Shown piece by piece: positions 36,147 to 48,817 of a stretch of DNA of 52,114 bases; position 1 is the stretch's first letter; each line of letters starts with the position of its first letter. The notes below the pieces were generated by a model. It ran no database searches and was not told where the DNA came from. It was given only the letters and a program-made list of their open reading frames with translations. A program made the translations under genes and the position numbers. This DNA is from Catajapyx aquilonaris (Eukaryota), in assembly GCA_000934665.2 (NCBI GenBank), contig KZ538709.1, positions 1 through 52,114 on the forward strand, written 5' to 3'.

Positions 36147-38869
36147 TATTTTAGTTAAAAATTGTCATTGTGAAAAATCAGTTGCAATCCACCATGAAGT
36201 TATCTAACATTCTTTGTGACTTCTGTCATGATTTGAAAAAGGCAAAAGTTGCAAAATAGAGCATTTGAAATTGGGATTTTTGTAAAACCAGAATCCCTAG
36301 AGCAAAACTAAGTTTTACCTTTTTCATTCAACAAAATTAGGAATAACTTCCCTAGAAATTGTTAGAGGAAAAAACCAACCTGGAAGAGATCCTTTGATTG
36401 GTGCTTTCCCTGAGCCATCCATACTCAAGTCACAATAACCATAGCGCTGAAGGCAGGGCCAAGATCTTCATTTTTTTTTCTCTCTTCGAAAGGTTGCAAT
36501 CATGATCTGTACACTCATGCAGTCATGCCTTTCCCCACCAACCTTACTGACTTCCTATATTTGAGTGATATAGTACCTCATCAACTATGAGCAAATGGAA
36601 ACCTGAATATTAGACTGGGCCAAAATATTTTTATGGGTATAACAATGTTATTTTTGGTGTATGGTTTTTACTATAATACTTGAAATTTCACAAGTAGCAA
36701 GGAAAAGTTCATACTGATAAATAAGCTAATGTAGGATGAACATCAGTCAAAATTTCTTAAATTACTGATGTTGGGCTGCCTGACCCGATCACTCTCCCAC
36801 TTGTCATGTGCAACTGCATTATTAAACATCTGCTATTGGGAAATCTAGATTGTACAATGAGATTTCCATCATGACAATTAGTGCAAGTGCAATTACTAGC
36901 CATAAGACCAATTCATAGCACTGTCAAAAATCATGATTAAATTTTAATGATTATGTTTAATTTTAATTCCTGCATGTGGTCATGAGAGATGAGGAGGAAT
37001 GCAGTGTCAAGTTATATTCTTGTGGTTCTTTTGTTAGCCTTGACTACCCCTTTGATTAGGGATAAGCTGTGATTTAAATGAATGAATGTCTAATTATAAA
37101 GTTTGCCCTTGTACTAAAATTCAGATATGTAGCCAGTATTATTCCAGTCTGAAAGAAGTTGCACCTGTAATTTTTCCACATTCAGGTCAGTTCCCATAAG
37201 AGCCAAAAGAGAGTCGGAACTACCATGTTACAAGCTCAGACTGAAGGTGTCAGGTGGGAGGTCATGGCACTTACAGTGAAATGGTCATTCACTTCCAAGC
37301 TAAAAAAACAAAACAAAAAAACAAGCTCCTTAGCTACTTACTATGATTAGTCCTGTCCTCACAAAAACATTATTTCTTATTTGTGTGCATGTGTAAATTC
37401 CATGAAGCAATATTCAAAGGCTTAAATTACTTCGAGTTCAATTATACCAATATATAACAACCACAAGCACAAATTTTCCTAAGAAATCAAGAACTTCTAG
37501 TCATTGAGATTTATATTTCTTTCTGTGTATGATATTTCAATATAGTCAATAATGTATGAGGTGGTATGGTAGTGATGAAACACACATTTGGTAGAGAAAC
37601 ATGTGCTCCACAACAATTCTGAAATTGTAATGTGCGCTGCAAACTTATAAAAACCTCAAATTATGAGGATGAATAAAATGAAACGAAACCAGTCAACCAG
37701 ACGTGGGCAAAATTGAAAATAAATGAAGAAAATAGAATTGTGATGCTTAAGTAGGATCTCACCTACCCGTTACCTTACCAAAACCAAGCCAATTTATTTT
37801 CAATCGTGTCCAAGTGCAGTTGAGACTGATTGGGTTTCATACGATTCACTGTTGTACTTTAAGAGTTTCATTAGCAAATAACAATTGGCTTCTGTGGGCA
37901 AATGGCCAAAGCAGCAGGCCATGGGATTGTTTGTTCTACTGAAAGTGGGCCATGGTCAAAAAGTTTCAGGAGCACTGATGAACACAATGCCATCACAAGA
38001 GTCACACCAGCAAGATTATTGAACTACAGACATCTCGACATCATATGTACATTTCCTTTGCATTCACACAAGACTCATGTGATGTTCTCAACTGTTAAAA
38101 GGAGGATTAAAGCATAATTTCAATAATACTTAATTTTGTTTCATTTGGACCATACGCATCAAATTCAAACAAGTTTATAATAAATATCCATGGTTGCCTT
38201 ACCATTCATGCCATTAACCCCTTGAGCCCCAGCTATCCCGACATTGGCTAGTTTTCCGCTTACGAGTACTCTGAAGATACGGACAAGATATTTTGCAAAA
38301 AATAACAGCTATACTTACCCGATCAGGAAAAACACTTTGAATATGTCTGGAACCATTTTCCTCGTCTAGAAGTCTCTAAATTAATTTCCAAAAATATTGC
38401 TGTAAAACTCGAAATTCGAGTAGCCTACTTCCGGCCAACTACTGATTTAATTATGAAATACGTTAAAATACCCGGAATAACAATATTGAGAATAGTGCCA
38501 GACGAATTTGCTGAAATCGTCGTACATTGCAAGAAATAAATTATTTCTGATCTGCGGCTTTCGTGTTACTACTGAAAATCTCCCAAATTCATTTATATCT
38601 CGCGAAGTACAACGATTTCAGCAACTTTGTCTGGCAGGGTTCTGAAGGTTAATATTCCGTATACTTTAATGTATTTCATAATTAAATCAGCATAACAGCT
38701 GGCCGGTAGTTCTCGAATGTCGAGTTTTTTTACAGCGATCTTTTTGGAAATTAATTAAAGAACTTCTAGAGGAGAAAATTTGTTCCAAACACATCCATAG
38801 CATTTTCAAGGAACATGTAAGTATATCTGTTATTATTTTGTAAAATATATTGTCCTTATCTTCAGAGTA

Positions 38870-39138
38870 ATAATAATAATAATAATGGATACCCCGTGAT
38901 AGGCCCCTTGGGGCTCTTAGGGGATCATCTTTTGAATAACCGACTTTAATCATTTGCCTGAAATGTGATGGATTTTGATAGTGGGAGGAAACGGGAGAAC
39001 CCCGAGAAAACCCACGCGAACACGGAGAGAACCCATCGAAACTCTATCCACATAAGTATCCTCCGTCCGACCCGGGGATAGAACGTGGGACCTTAAAGGT
39101 GGAAGGCTGCGGCGCTAACCACTTGGCCACCGTGTCGC
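38870..39138 (-). mobile_element. tRNA-derived SINE with V-domain-like core
   Basis: A box TGGCCAAGTGG; core GTTCTCTCCGTGTTCGCGTGGGTTTTCTCGGGGTTCTCCCGTTTCCTCCCAC; (TTA)n tail; 16-bp TSD CCTTATCTTCAGAGTA. Confidence 0.85.
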
Positions 39139-39447
39139 CCTTATCTTCAGAGTATGTGTAAGAGAAAATCTAGGTGATGGCCTAACAGTTGGCCAGTAGT
39201 AATTGAATTTAAAGTTATTAATTATAAAAATTAATTTAGGGACTTCTAGACTAGTGAAAATTGTTTCCAATGCATTCATAGTGTAGAGCATGAACGTGTA
39301 AGTGTATCTGTTATTACTTGTGAAATATCTTGTCCTTATCTTCAGAGTAAGTGCAAGCGAAAATCTAGGCGATGGAATAATTTACAGCGATCTTTTTGGA
39401 AATTAATGTAGGGACTTCTAGACAAGGGAAATAGTTTCCAAGATATA

Positions 39448-40180
39448 CAGGGTGTCCCTAAATTATTGTCAACATTTGAAAGTTGTTTAATTTCTATTAG
39501 TTGCGGTGTGCAATGACAAGACAGACATAGAACGAAAGAGCACATTTGGGAGTTTTTATTGCACACACTACAAGTGCTCAATATGAGCACCTTTCGTCAC
39601 ACGACATGATAGTCCAATTCTCTACACAGGCCAGCATGTCTGGTGTGATTGATTCCAAAGCAGCAACAATCCTGCGTTTCAACTCACACAGGCTGGTAGG
39701 TAGCCGTGGTACGAAGACCTGGTCCTTTACATATACCCCCAGAGGAAAAAGTCACATGGGGTGAGCTCGGGAGACCTTGGCGGCCACTGGAGAAAAACCA
39801 GATCTTGCTGACCGGCATGTCCGATACGCCGATCCTTGCCCTTGCAAAGGCATCCTGTCGTCTGAAACTTCTGGAACCACCGTTGAATTATTGTAGGGAG
39901 TGGCGTAACGTCGTCCGTACTGTTGCCGGAAGGACTGCTGAACAGTAACTACCGAACCAAGCTTTGCAAACTGCAGGACACTGAACGTTTTCTGTTCGAG
40001 AGACACCATTTTGTGGAGTGGCCCTGTGTGCCTCGCGTCAAAGTGCGGAACCAACTTTTCTGTGTGCAATAAAAACTCCCAAATGTGGTCTTTCGTTCTA
40101 TGTATGTCTTGTCATTGCACACCGCATCTAATAGAAATTAAGCAGCTTTCAAAAGTTGACAATCATTTAGGGACACCCTG
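39448..40180 (-). mobile_element. Internally deleted Tc1/mariner element (DUF4817-HTH type)
   Basis: About 120-bp TIRs TA|CAGGGTGTCCCTAAAT; remnants MVSLEQKTFSVLQFAKLGSVVTVQQSFRQQYG and WPPRSPELTPCDFFLWGY/VKDQVFVP. Confidence 0.9.
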
Positions 40181-41642
40181 TATGTTATGTTTTCCCTGAA
40201 TGTGTAAGTATAGCTGTTATTATTTGTAAAATATGTTATAATTATCTTCACGTGCAAGCCAAAATATAGGCAATCGAATTATAGCTATACTCTTCGGTGA
40301 TCCTTTTGGAAATTAATTTAGGGACTTCTAGACGATGAAACTGATTCCAAACACATACATACATAGCGTAGAGCATGAACGTGTAAATATAGTTGTAATT
40401 ATTGGTAAAATATCTAATTTTTTATCTTCAGAGTACATGATAGTTTAACAGAAACGAGAATCTAGGCGATGGCGGTATAGCTGGGGCTCAAGGGGTTCAC
40501 ACATACAGGACGTCATTAACCCAGCCCAGGAAAAGAAAGGTGTCTTCCAGGATAGATTTTGCAGTGGCCCACAATAATTTGTTGGAAGTTGTTTCTAATA
40601 TTATTTTATAATTTAAGTGAAACTCAGTTTTTAATTAGTTATCTGTTTTAGTGAACACCTGGGCTTGAAAGTTGAAAATTTGCAATTTTGTTGCATTTGA
40701 AATGACCACAGTAGGCGCTAGCAACATGCCAAATTTTGCATTTTAGTTTTTCTGACTGGTAGATGATGGTCAATTTTTTAAAGTCATTTTAAATTAAGTG
40801 GGTAATTTGCAACTCAAAAAAGGAGTTATTCCAGGATTGATTTTGTACGGACTCATGATAATTTTTTTGTTGCTAATAATAGAAGAAAAATGAAACTAGT
40901 TTTGCAATATTTGTTCCGTTAAACCTTCTTTGAAACTGGTGAATTTGGAATTCTTTTTTCACATTTTAAATGGCTGCAGAAAGTCCTAGGATCTTGCCAG
41001 AATTTTAATTTTAATTTTTACGGAAATGGTAGGTGATGCTTCCATGGAGATACCCTCATGCAACAAAAGGACACTAAAATAATTACTCCTTGTTGCGTGA
41101 CGGCATCTCCATAGAAAGGAAAATAATGTTGGAGGTTTCAAAAGTGCATTCTCAGATGTCCGTTGACTATAACATGCAGCTTGTTTAACGACAAGTGTAG
41201 CCTAAAGAACTGTCATCCTAGGGGGCAATCAAAATGCCAAACATTTCGTTCTGAAATGAGTCTATTAGTCCAGGAAAGATAAAGAAAAAGTAGCCATAAC
41301 CCCGAAAAAACTGTCATAGAAATGAATTTTTCACCATCATGTTCAAAAAATGTGTAGAATAACATTTCCAAAGTTCACACCAGTTAGTGCTAGGGAAACC
41401 GCCACCATCTTGAAAAAAGGTGGTGAAAACAGGTTTTCTAGATTTATCTCGTAAATGGCTGCATGTATGTGAATTTTTCATAAGGGCAAAGTGAAAGGTA
41501 ATAAAATTGTAAGCAAATTCTAGCCATAATTTTTTTTTTTTTTGTGGAGTGAATCGCTAAAATATATCATCGATTATGTTGACACCATGTAACAGCTCTA
41601 TGGAGATTTTTTTGCATATACTGTTTTCACTCAAGCATTTAT

Positions 41643-41932
41643 AATAATTCATAATAATTCATACCCCATTATCAGCCATCGGCTCTTTAAGGGGGAAGTT
41701 TGTTTTTGCCTGGAACTCTTTGCTTTTCATTTTACTGTGCCCTTTGGGATGGGATGGGGACGGAAGGAAGCGGCTGTGGCCTATTAATTATGGAAACAAC
41801 TCTGGAATTTTCCTGGAAGGACCGTGGGAAACCACAGAAAACCACGGTCAGAGTTGCTGGCCCCGGGATTTGATCCCAGGACCTCCCGATTAGCAGTCGG
41901 ACACCATATCCCCTACTCCAAACTGCTTCGGT
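41643..41932 (-). mobile_element. tRNA-Ser-headed SINE, family B
   Basis: Colinear with 26635-26970; 13-bp TSD CTCAAGCATTTAT. Confidence 0.9.
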
Positions 41933-42202
41933 CTCAAGCATTTATGTAAATACTACTTGCATCTTTAAAAATGGCCGTTATATTGTTTCCTCTTTGAGAT
42001 GCTAAAAAGGGTTATGAACGGGGATACATCCTTGAACACGTACGTAATTCGGATCCCTGATGAACGGCGTGTAAATGGTAATGTAATAACAGCCGCTAGT
42101 GTAATGACGATGCACCAACTAACTGCTCATGCCATGCATTTGTTTATATTGCATGTGCAGGAAAAAGTAGATCCTGAATTATAAATGTATTACAGTATTT
42201 AT

Positions 42203-42557
42203 TTTTATTTTTTAATTTATTTTATTTACTCCATGATACAACTACTTGGTCGTTATAGGGGGGTGGCAGACCACCATACAGTTTTCTAATTGTTTTTACT
42301 TCGATCACCGGTGCAAGGATTACTAGGAAATAGGGTAAGGGGTTGGGGATTTGGGGAGGGGACACATGTGCAGGTGCATTGCCCAGCGGTGGGCCAGGTG
42401 CAGTCCCCCAGGAGGTCAGGTTGCCAAGACGCCTCCTTAGGCGCGGGTCATGACCCAATGACGCAAGCGAAAGGTTTGTTCCCGGGTGGGGATTTGAACC
42501 CGGGACCTTTCGCATAGCAAGCCGAGACGTTACCATCTCGGCCACCGTGCCTCCCCA
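42203..42557 (-). mobile_element. tRNA-derived SINE, family C
   Basis: Head GGGGAGGCACGGTGGCCGAGATGGTAA..GGTTCAAATCC; A-rich tail; 14-bp TSD ATTACAGTATTTAT. Confidence 0.9.
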
Positions 42558-42627
42558 ATTACAGTATTTATGTTGAACTTGGTGTCCATAAGCATACACT
42601 GAAGTGATTGAGAGTGGCGGGATAATT

Positions 42628-42912
42628 GAGGCGCTCAGAGGAAGAACGGCATATCCCAAACGACCTCCAATTTTGAGTTTGTAGTGTTGTTGTACTCTCT
42701 TTCCATCTACCTTTCATGTGCTGAAGTACTAAATGAATTGGGACATGTCAAAGCTACCATATTATACTTTACTTACTTGCTTTACTTTGCTTACTTTACT
42801 TGTAAAATTTGTTCGTAGATTATTTTAGCTGCATGGTAAAGCAAAACACAAAAAGCCACTTTTCTCAAAACGAACTCCGGTTGGGATATGCCGTTCTTCC
42901 TCTGAGCGGCTC
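42628..42912. mobile_element. Sola1-type MITE
   Basis: 32-bp TIRs GAG(G/C)CGCTCAGAGGAAGAACGGCATATCCCAA; AATT TSD. Confidence 0.8.
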
Positions 42913-44205
42913 AATTATAAATTATCCTTATAGCATCTTAGGGAGCCTGTTAGTAAGCATGGAACACTGTAAGTCGGGCTGTTCGTAACCTGAGGACTTC
43001 CTGTACTTAAAAGTATTAAATTAACAGTTATAGCTATTCTTGTACCACGATATGTAGGTTCCTTTCTGCATACAATGAACAATTGGCCTAGGTGTGCCAG
43101 GATGAGGAAGTAGAGTACTGATCCAGATGGAGTGTGTTTTATCTGTGACAACATAGCCTTGTACATATTCTAGGTCACAGGTGGGCCTGGCTTTCAGGCC
43201 ATATGAGTATTCCAGGTACTAGTGGAACAACGCACAGAAATTGCAGTACTACTTGAGCAGGTAATACTGATCAATTTTTGTTGTTGCATGTAACAATGTA
43301 TAAATTAAATATTGAAAACAGTATTGTTTCATGTGGACAAGACTGACACATGACACAGAACAAGACTATACATGAATATCACTGAATTTTCTGAGTGGGA
43401 ATTACAGAAATGTTGTTCCATCGTGTTATTTTGATTCTTCTAATGTTCATATTCCTCACCACTCCGGTAAGTTAACTTTTTAATCCAGTTTAACCTTATG
43501 ATTTTTACAGTTGCAATATACGGTAAAATTTCATCACAGGGTCATGCTTGCCGTATTCGTAAGAAGTGGTCTGGCATGGATGAAAAAGGTGGAACAAACA
43601 TTGGGCTGTGATTATATGAAGAATGTGTAGGAAAGTATGCATGAATATCCAGTCTGTCAATAATAAATGAGATAAGAGTTATTGTTTTACTTTAAAATGC
43701 AATACCCAAACCCTATGGTATTTTGAAATGTTAAACTGATTGGGTGTAGAATACAGAAAATTTTCTCCACTTTGGACACTGGAAACAATGAAGAAAATGT
43801 GCACTGCCTCAATGCTAGGGCATAACAACATTCTTCCTCCTATTTCAACCAATTACAAATTCCTTTAGTGAAAATGTAACCTCAGAAACTCGTTTGCTTT
43901 TATTTTCCCGTTTCTATTGGAAATACTAGAAGAAAAACTTTCTGGAGATTATTTATTTTTCTACCTCTTTTAATCCAAAACTGTTACTCTCTTTTTTTCT
44001 TTTTTTGGAAGGACTACTACTCTCAGGAGGAAGCAGAACAAGGGAGAGTGTGAGGCAAATGGGGGATGAGGCCAGCAATGGCAGTTCAGAATCACAACAA
44101 AGTGATGTAGCTAAAGAGCAACTGCAACTGTGATAGTAACAAAGTCTTCAAATAACTGGTTTTTAAACATTATAGGAAGGAGATAAATCCATAAACTTGA
44201 CTATA

Positions 44206-44557
44206 TATTTTTTAAATTTATTTTACCCCATGACAGGACTGTAAGCCCTTTTATGGGAGTGGCACACCACCATCAGTTTTCTAGTATGTTTGCATTTTTT
44301 TTCTTCACTCTCCGGTGCAAGGAAACAAGGAGATAGGGTAAGGATAGGGATTTTTGGGGAGGGAACATGGGTGCAAGTGCAGTGTTGGTAAACTGGTCAT
44401 GTGCTGTTCCCTAGGCAGTTAGGTTGCCAGATACCTCCAAGGCGCGGGTCAGAGACCCTACTGGCGCAGGTGAAAGGGAGTTCCCAGGTGGTGATCGAAC
44501 ATGGGAACTTGCACTTAGCAAGCCGAGACGTTACCATCTCGGCCACCGCACCTCACC
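44206..44557 (-). mobile_element. tRNA-derived SINE, family C (older copy)
   Basis: Colinear with 42203-42557; degenerate TSD AAACTTGACTATA / AAATTTGACAATA. Confidence 0.85.
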
Positions 44558-46224
44558 AAAAATTTGACAATACATGAAACAACATTAAACTCCTCAGATA
44601 CATCACAGGATCACTGGTGGTAGGCAGGTTTTAAGCTTTTCCTGTGTGGTGGTGAGAAAGTAGTTGTTGGTATCCCACATATCACATTCAATACCTTACC
44701 CTCTACACAAAATTCTATGCTATTTTTCTGCAAGAGGCAGCAAGCCATTACTTGACATTTTCACATAGAGGTGTCACATGTGTGGCTGCCACTTGTCACC
44801 CAGCAGATGCACCAACTGGTCAAAATTTTCTGTCAAACCACTGGAGCATGTCTTTTTCACACTCTACATTGCAAAAACAATCAACTGTCACAGTTTCTGA
44901 ACTTTTTTCAACAGTGCAGTGGTACACGAACACTGTGACACTGTGCTTCACATAAGGTACTATGTCGCTCAAAAACAGACGATTTTGCATTTGATTCAAG
45001 TGCAGGATTCAAGTGCACTTGAGTCAAATGCAAAATCACCTCTATGTTTTTGAGCAATAAAGCACCTACCTGGAGTTTAAAAGGCCAGAGCCTTACGCTG
45101 CACCCAGTGAGAATTCTAACTGGCGAGTTCAACCCCACTCAATGTCTCCTCAAGGATGTGACGCAGCAGTAAAAATTTCATATGTTGGACAGGGCCTTCT
45201 CTACGCTATCATAGTACAGATGGAAGCCTGCCCTGGAGTATGTTTTTTTGTGTAAAAATTGATGCTCCATGGGAGATCACTAGTGATGCTCTTTTAATGT
45301 TTTGCGGTATACAGTGTAATTGATGCTAAGAGAAAACGCTGATATAACTCACTGAGGCAATCCCAGTACTGTACTGTTTGTCCCAGTCCCAGTCTTAGGG
45401 ATCTGCCAATTGGTACAGGTCACCCAGACCCTCAATCCTTCACCTTGTCCTGTGAACAATTCCTCGGATCAGCTTTGGATTCAGTCCAGGCTCAGCATCC
45501 CATGGACTGGCCAATAGGAGAGAGGTGGGTGTTCATGCACCACTGCTATGAAACAAGAGGACAGCACTGGTTTACACAAATTCGAACAAGCTGCTGATTT
45601 CCAAGTGCAAAGTAATGCAAATGTGCAGTTGCAAGAGTACTTGAATAATTATTCTACGCGTATCGTCATAAGTTGCCATGTTGACTCACTGTCAGACTCT
45701 ATGACCAGGGGTGGAAAGTGGCAACTTTCTGGTATCAAACTGGCAACCCAGAAGGATGAGGCTAAGGACAAACTGAGGTGGAACTTCCTGAAGGACAAGA
45801 CTAAGACAAGGACTAAGCTAGGAATCTAGACCTACCCCAGGATTCCCGTGTGTTAATCCCTGAAAGCAAAGGACCTAAGGATGTGGCCTGGAACATAATG
45901 GCCAGCACCAATTGGTTCACACAGCCACTTTTACTACCAGCATGCATCAGGCAACCCACATCTTTCCAAGGACACAATCGAATCAATGGTACCCTTACAC
46001 ATGGCCAATTCTTCAACAAACTTCTTCTCCCAATTTTGAGAGCCACGTGTTGGCCTCTGGCAACCTGCCAAGATTTTTAGAGTTCTCTCAATTTTTATAA
46101 TAAAACTAACAAGATTGGCCAATCACGAGAGAGTTATTTGAGTAGAGGGGCAGAGGGATATGAGGCTAACGACACGATGTGATTCGAATAGGACAACAAT
46201 GACATTGACTGTTGCCAGTCTCAT

Positions 46225-46483
46225 TTCCAGTGGCCAAGGAACACGAGGAAACTAATTTCTAAATCATACTGTTTGACCTTGGCGGATAGTGAACCTGGAA
46301 AACCGCAAGTGGTTGGTCACCGGAAGTTGGCCATGAAACTTATTTAGGGTCCACTGAATCCAAATCTGAAAACCTTTTGTCACTATCTCTTGCGGTTTGG
46401 GCCCTGATACCTGTCCCCAGACCAACGGACATTCAGACACAACCGTTCTACAAGACTTTCTTGGTAGTGATAAAGTCTAAAAA
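46225..46483 (-). mobile_element. HINE/DINE-1-like element, second partial copy
   Basis: Reverse complement aligns by eye to about 31219-31490 (GGACAGGTATCAGGGCC, AAGAGATAG, CAACTTCCGGTGACC). Confidence 0.75.
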
Positions 46484-46656
46484 GGTAAATCTTAAACAAA
46501 TCTAAAACCTTGCAACCATGTTTTAAAGGCCCATTGACACACCCGCTCCCCCAAGCAAACTTTAAAAGCTCCTTTGGGTCATTCCACGTCAGTTCGGCAC
46601 GATATTAGCCCTTGGTATCTCGAATTTCGCTCAGACTTTTTTAAATGGAAGTACTC

Positions 46657-47102
46657 ACCGAAGCAGTGGTAGCGGAGGGGATTTGGTATCCGACTGCTAA
46701 TCGGGAGGTCCTGGGTTCGAACCCCGGAGGCCATCGATCCTGACCTTGGTTTTCTGTGGTTTTCCAAGGTCGCTCCAGGAATAATTTCCGGGATCGTACC
46801 GTAATATAGGCCACAGCCGCTTCCCTCCTTCCCCTGTCCTGGAGGAGATGCGGGTCAGTCGGGGGTTTCTGACCCGCATCTAGGGGGCCATCTATGGCGA
46901 ACGGACCCCCTGAGGGACTGCACACGACCCCCAACTTGAGACATTGCACATGCACCAGTGTCCCTCCCTCCTATCCCTACCCTGTCCCTGCACCAGCTAC
47001 TGTACAGTACAATAACAACAACAAAAATAAAGGTCCGTGTGATATACCCCCAGTTGGGGGTGAAAGCACTACCCCAGTTATTATTATTATTATTATTATT
47101 AT
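46657..47102 (+). mobile_element. Chimeric SINE: family-B head and body with a different 3' half
   Basis: ACCGAAGCAG..GACTGCTAATC..GGTTCGAACCC head; (TTA)n tail; 13-bp TSD AATGGAAGTACTC. Confidence 0.9.
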
Positions 47103-48570
47103 AATGGAAGTACTCCACCCCAAACAAATGTGGCCCAGGCCATTCATCCGAAAAAAATTTAACAACGGAACTACGGGCGACTAAAGATTATCGATTTTAT
47201 CGTTTTTGGCGCTGTGCCGTATCCTAAAAGTGACGATATCTTCCTTAATATCGATCGTAGAGAGATGTACGTAGGGACTTAAATTAATTGCAGATGTGCA
47301 CGGAATAGACGTAGGCCACCAAATATATTTTATGTAATATATTTAAGAATTTACGCTAAATTTTAAATTTTAAACTTACTTTTCCAAAATCGCTATTTTT
47401 ATTTATTTTTACTTTTTCCCTTACATAAATATATAGTCCTTTGTGTTAATTATCCCGTTAAAATGTCGATGGGCAATTCATAATTGTTCGAGATAAAAAT
47501 TAGCGAAATTGATGATACACCGCTCATGCATATCTCGCTACGTCTTGAACGAACATTCCTTGGGTATTTTTTGGCCCAGTAAACATGATTAACTCGTGAT
47601 GTAAGTCTGGTTTAAAATTACAACTAAAATTAACTTCCAAAGCTTGCTTGGGAGAAAGAAGTGGCTGTGTGAATGTCGTGCCTATCTTGCAGTTATAAGA
47701 GTTACCTGCACCCTGGGTCATGTTAGGAATGTATATTTCACATTGACATGTACGCAAGATGCAGGGATTCTGTCAAGTCAGTACTTTCGCAACTTTGACC
47801 CCTTTGGGTATACCTTGGTGCAGGGCGACCGAGGGTATATATTCGCGGTTCTTCCTAGAGTTCAGCTCTTTGCAGTTCAGTACTGTTCCGGGTATCTTCC
47901 ACACCCCTTCAGGATGGCGACACGGCCGACCACCCACAGGTTAGTAGTAGAAAGAGTATAGTATCCGTTAAATCATCGCTCGCCTACATTTGGTCACTTG
48001 ATGTTAAATCAACCATTATAATTGAAAGAGCATTGCGTGCATTATTAACCACCACCTGACGGACCAGCCACAACCTGGTAGACATGAACAGGCCTCAAGA
48101 CTAAGGCAGATGTTAGAATGAGTCAGGGACCCATGTGTCTAGACCCCTCTAGGCAATATCAAACTGAGATCACTTGGGTCCTAGAGGCAATTAACAAACA
48201 GTCATTTCCTAACTGCAAAGGAACTGAAACCATAATTTATTTAAAAATTCTGTACTTAGTGATCACTAATATCAGTAAGAACAGGTATTTACACAGTTAC
48301 AGAAGCAACCCTGGTTAAAATTCAAGGGAACATGAGGGTGCCAGAGAGTGCTGGCAAGGTATGCAGGAGTTCAAGTGTCACCAATAAGAACTACTGTATA
48401 AAATTTATTGAGCATCAGCATTGGCAGTGAAGATCCACAATAAAATGAGATCTGATAACTGACATTAACTTCTTCCAGACCTTGCAAGCCTCTTGGTATG
48501 ATGCTTTTGTTACCTTGACTTCCATTTATAAGTACTGCTCAACCTAAGTAAACATGTCTTTACACCGGTA

Positions 48571-48707
48571 CTATCGGGTTAAATTAGTTCCGGCCACTTT
48601 ATCCTGGTCTTGAAGCAACCCTTCGTACAGGCCCCACGGTGAGGTGTGTGTGTGAAGGGTTGCTCCAAGACCAGGATAAAGTGGCTGGAACTAATTGAAC
48701 CCGATAG
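48571..48707. mobile_element. Hairpin MITE, CTAT-end family copy 3
   Basis: TA|CTATCGGGTTAAATTAGTTCC..GGAACTAATTGAACCCGATAG|TA. Confidence 0.85.
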
Positions 48708-48817
48708 TACATAGTGCTAACATAACATCCAGTATTTGGACACAAGGATTCTAATGCCAACCTGAAAAAAAAAACTCATGGATAGGCTTGTCTCAAAGAA
48801 AATTAACCTGCCATATA

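Larger units (their letters stand above)
38218..40495. mobile_element. piggyBac-type non-autonomous element with internal repeats and two nested insertions
   Basis: TTAA|CCCCTTGAGCCCCAGCTAT..ATAGCTGGGGCTCAAGGGG|TTCA; an about 150-bp unit occurs once on the left and about four times inverted on the right. Confidence 0.8.

Noticed and set aside
38720..40470. Regularly recurring repeats as a CRISPR-like array
   Set aside because: Units are about 150 bp, degenerate, lack unique spacers and lie inside a eukaryotic TIR element.
40506..41589. Possible old Tc1/mariner-type non-autonomous element
   Set aside because: Ends (CAGGACGTCA / TGACACCATG) match too poorly to define it with confidence.
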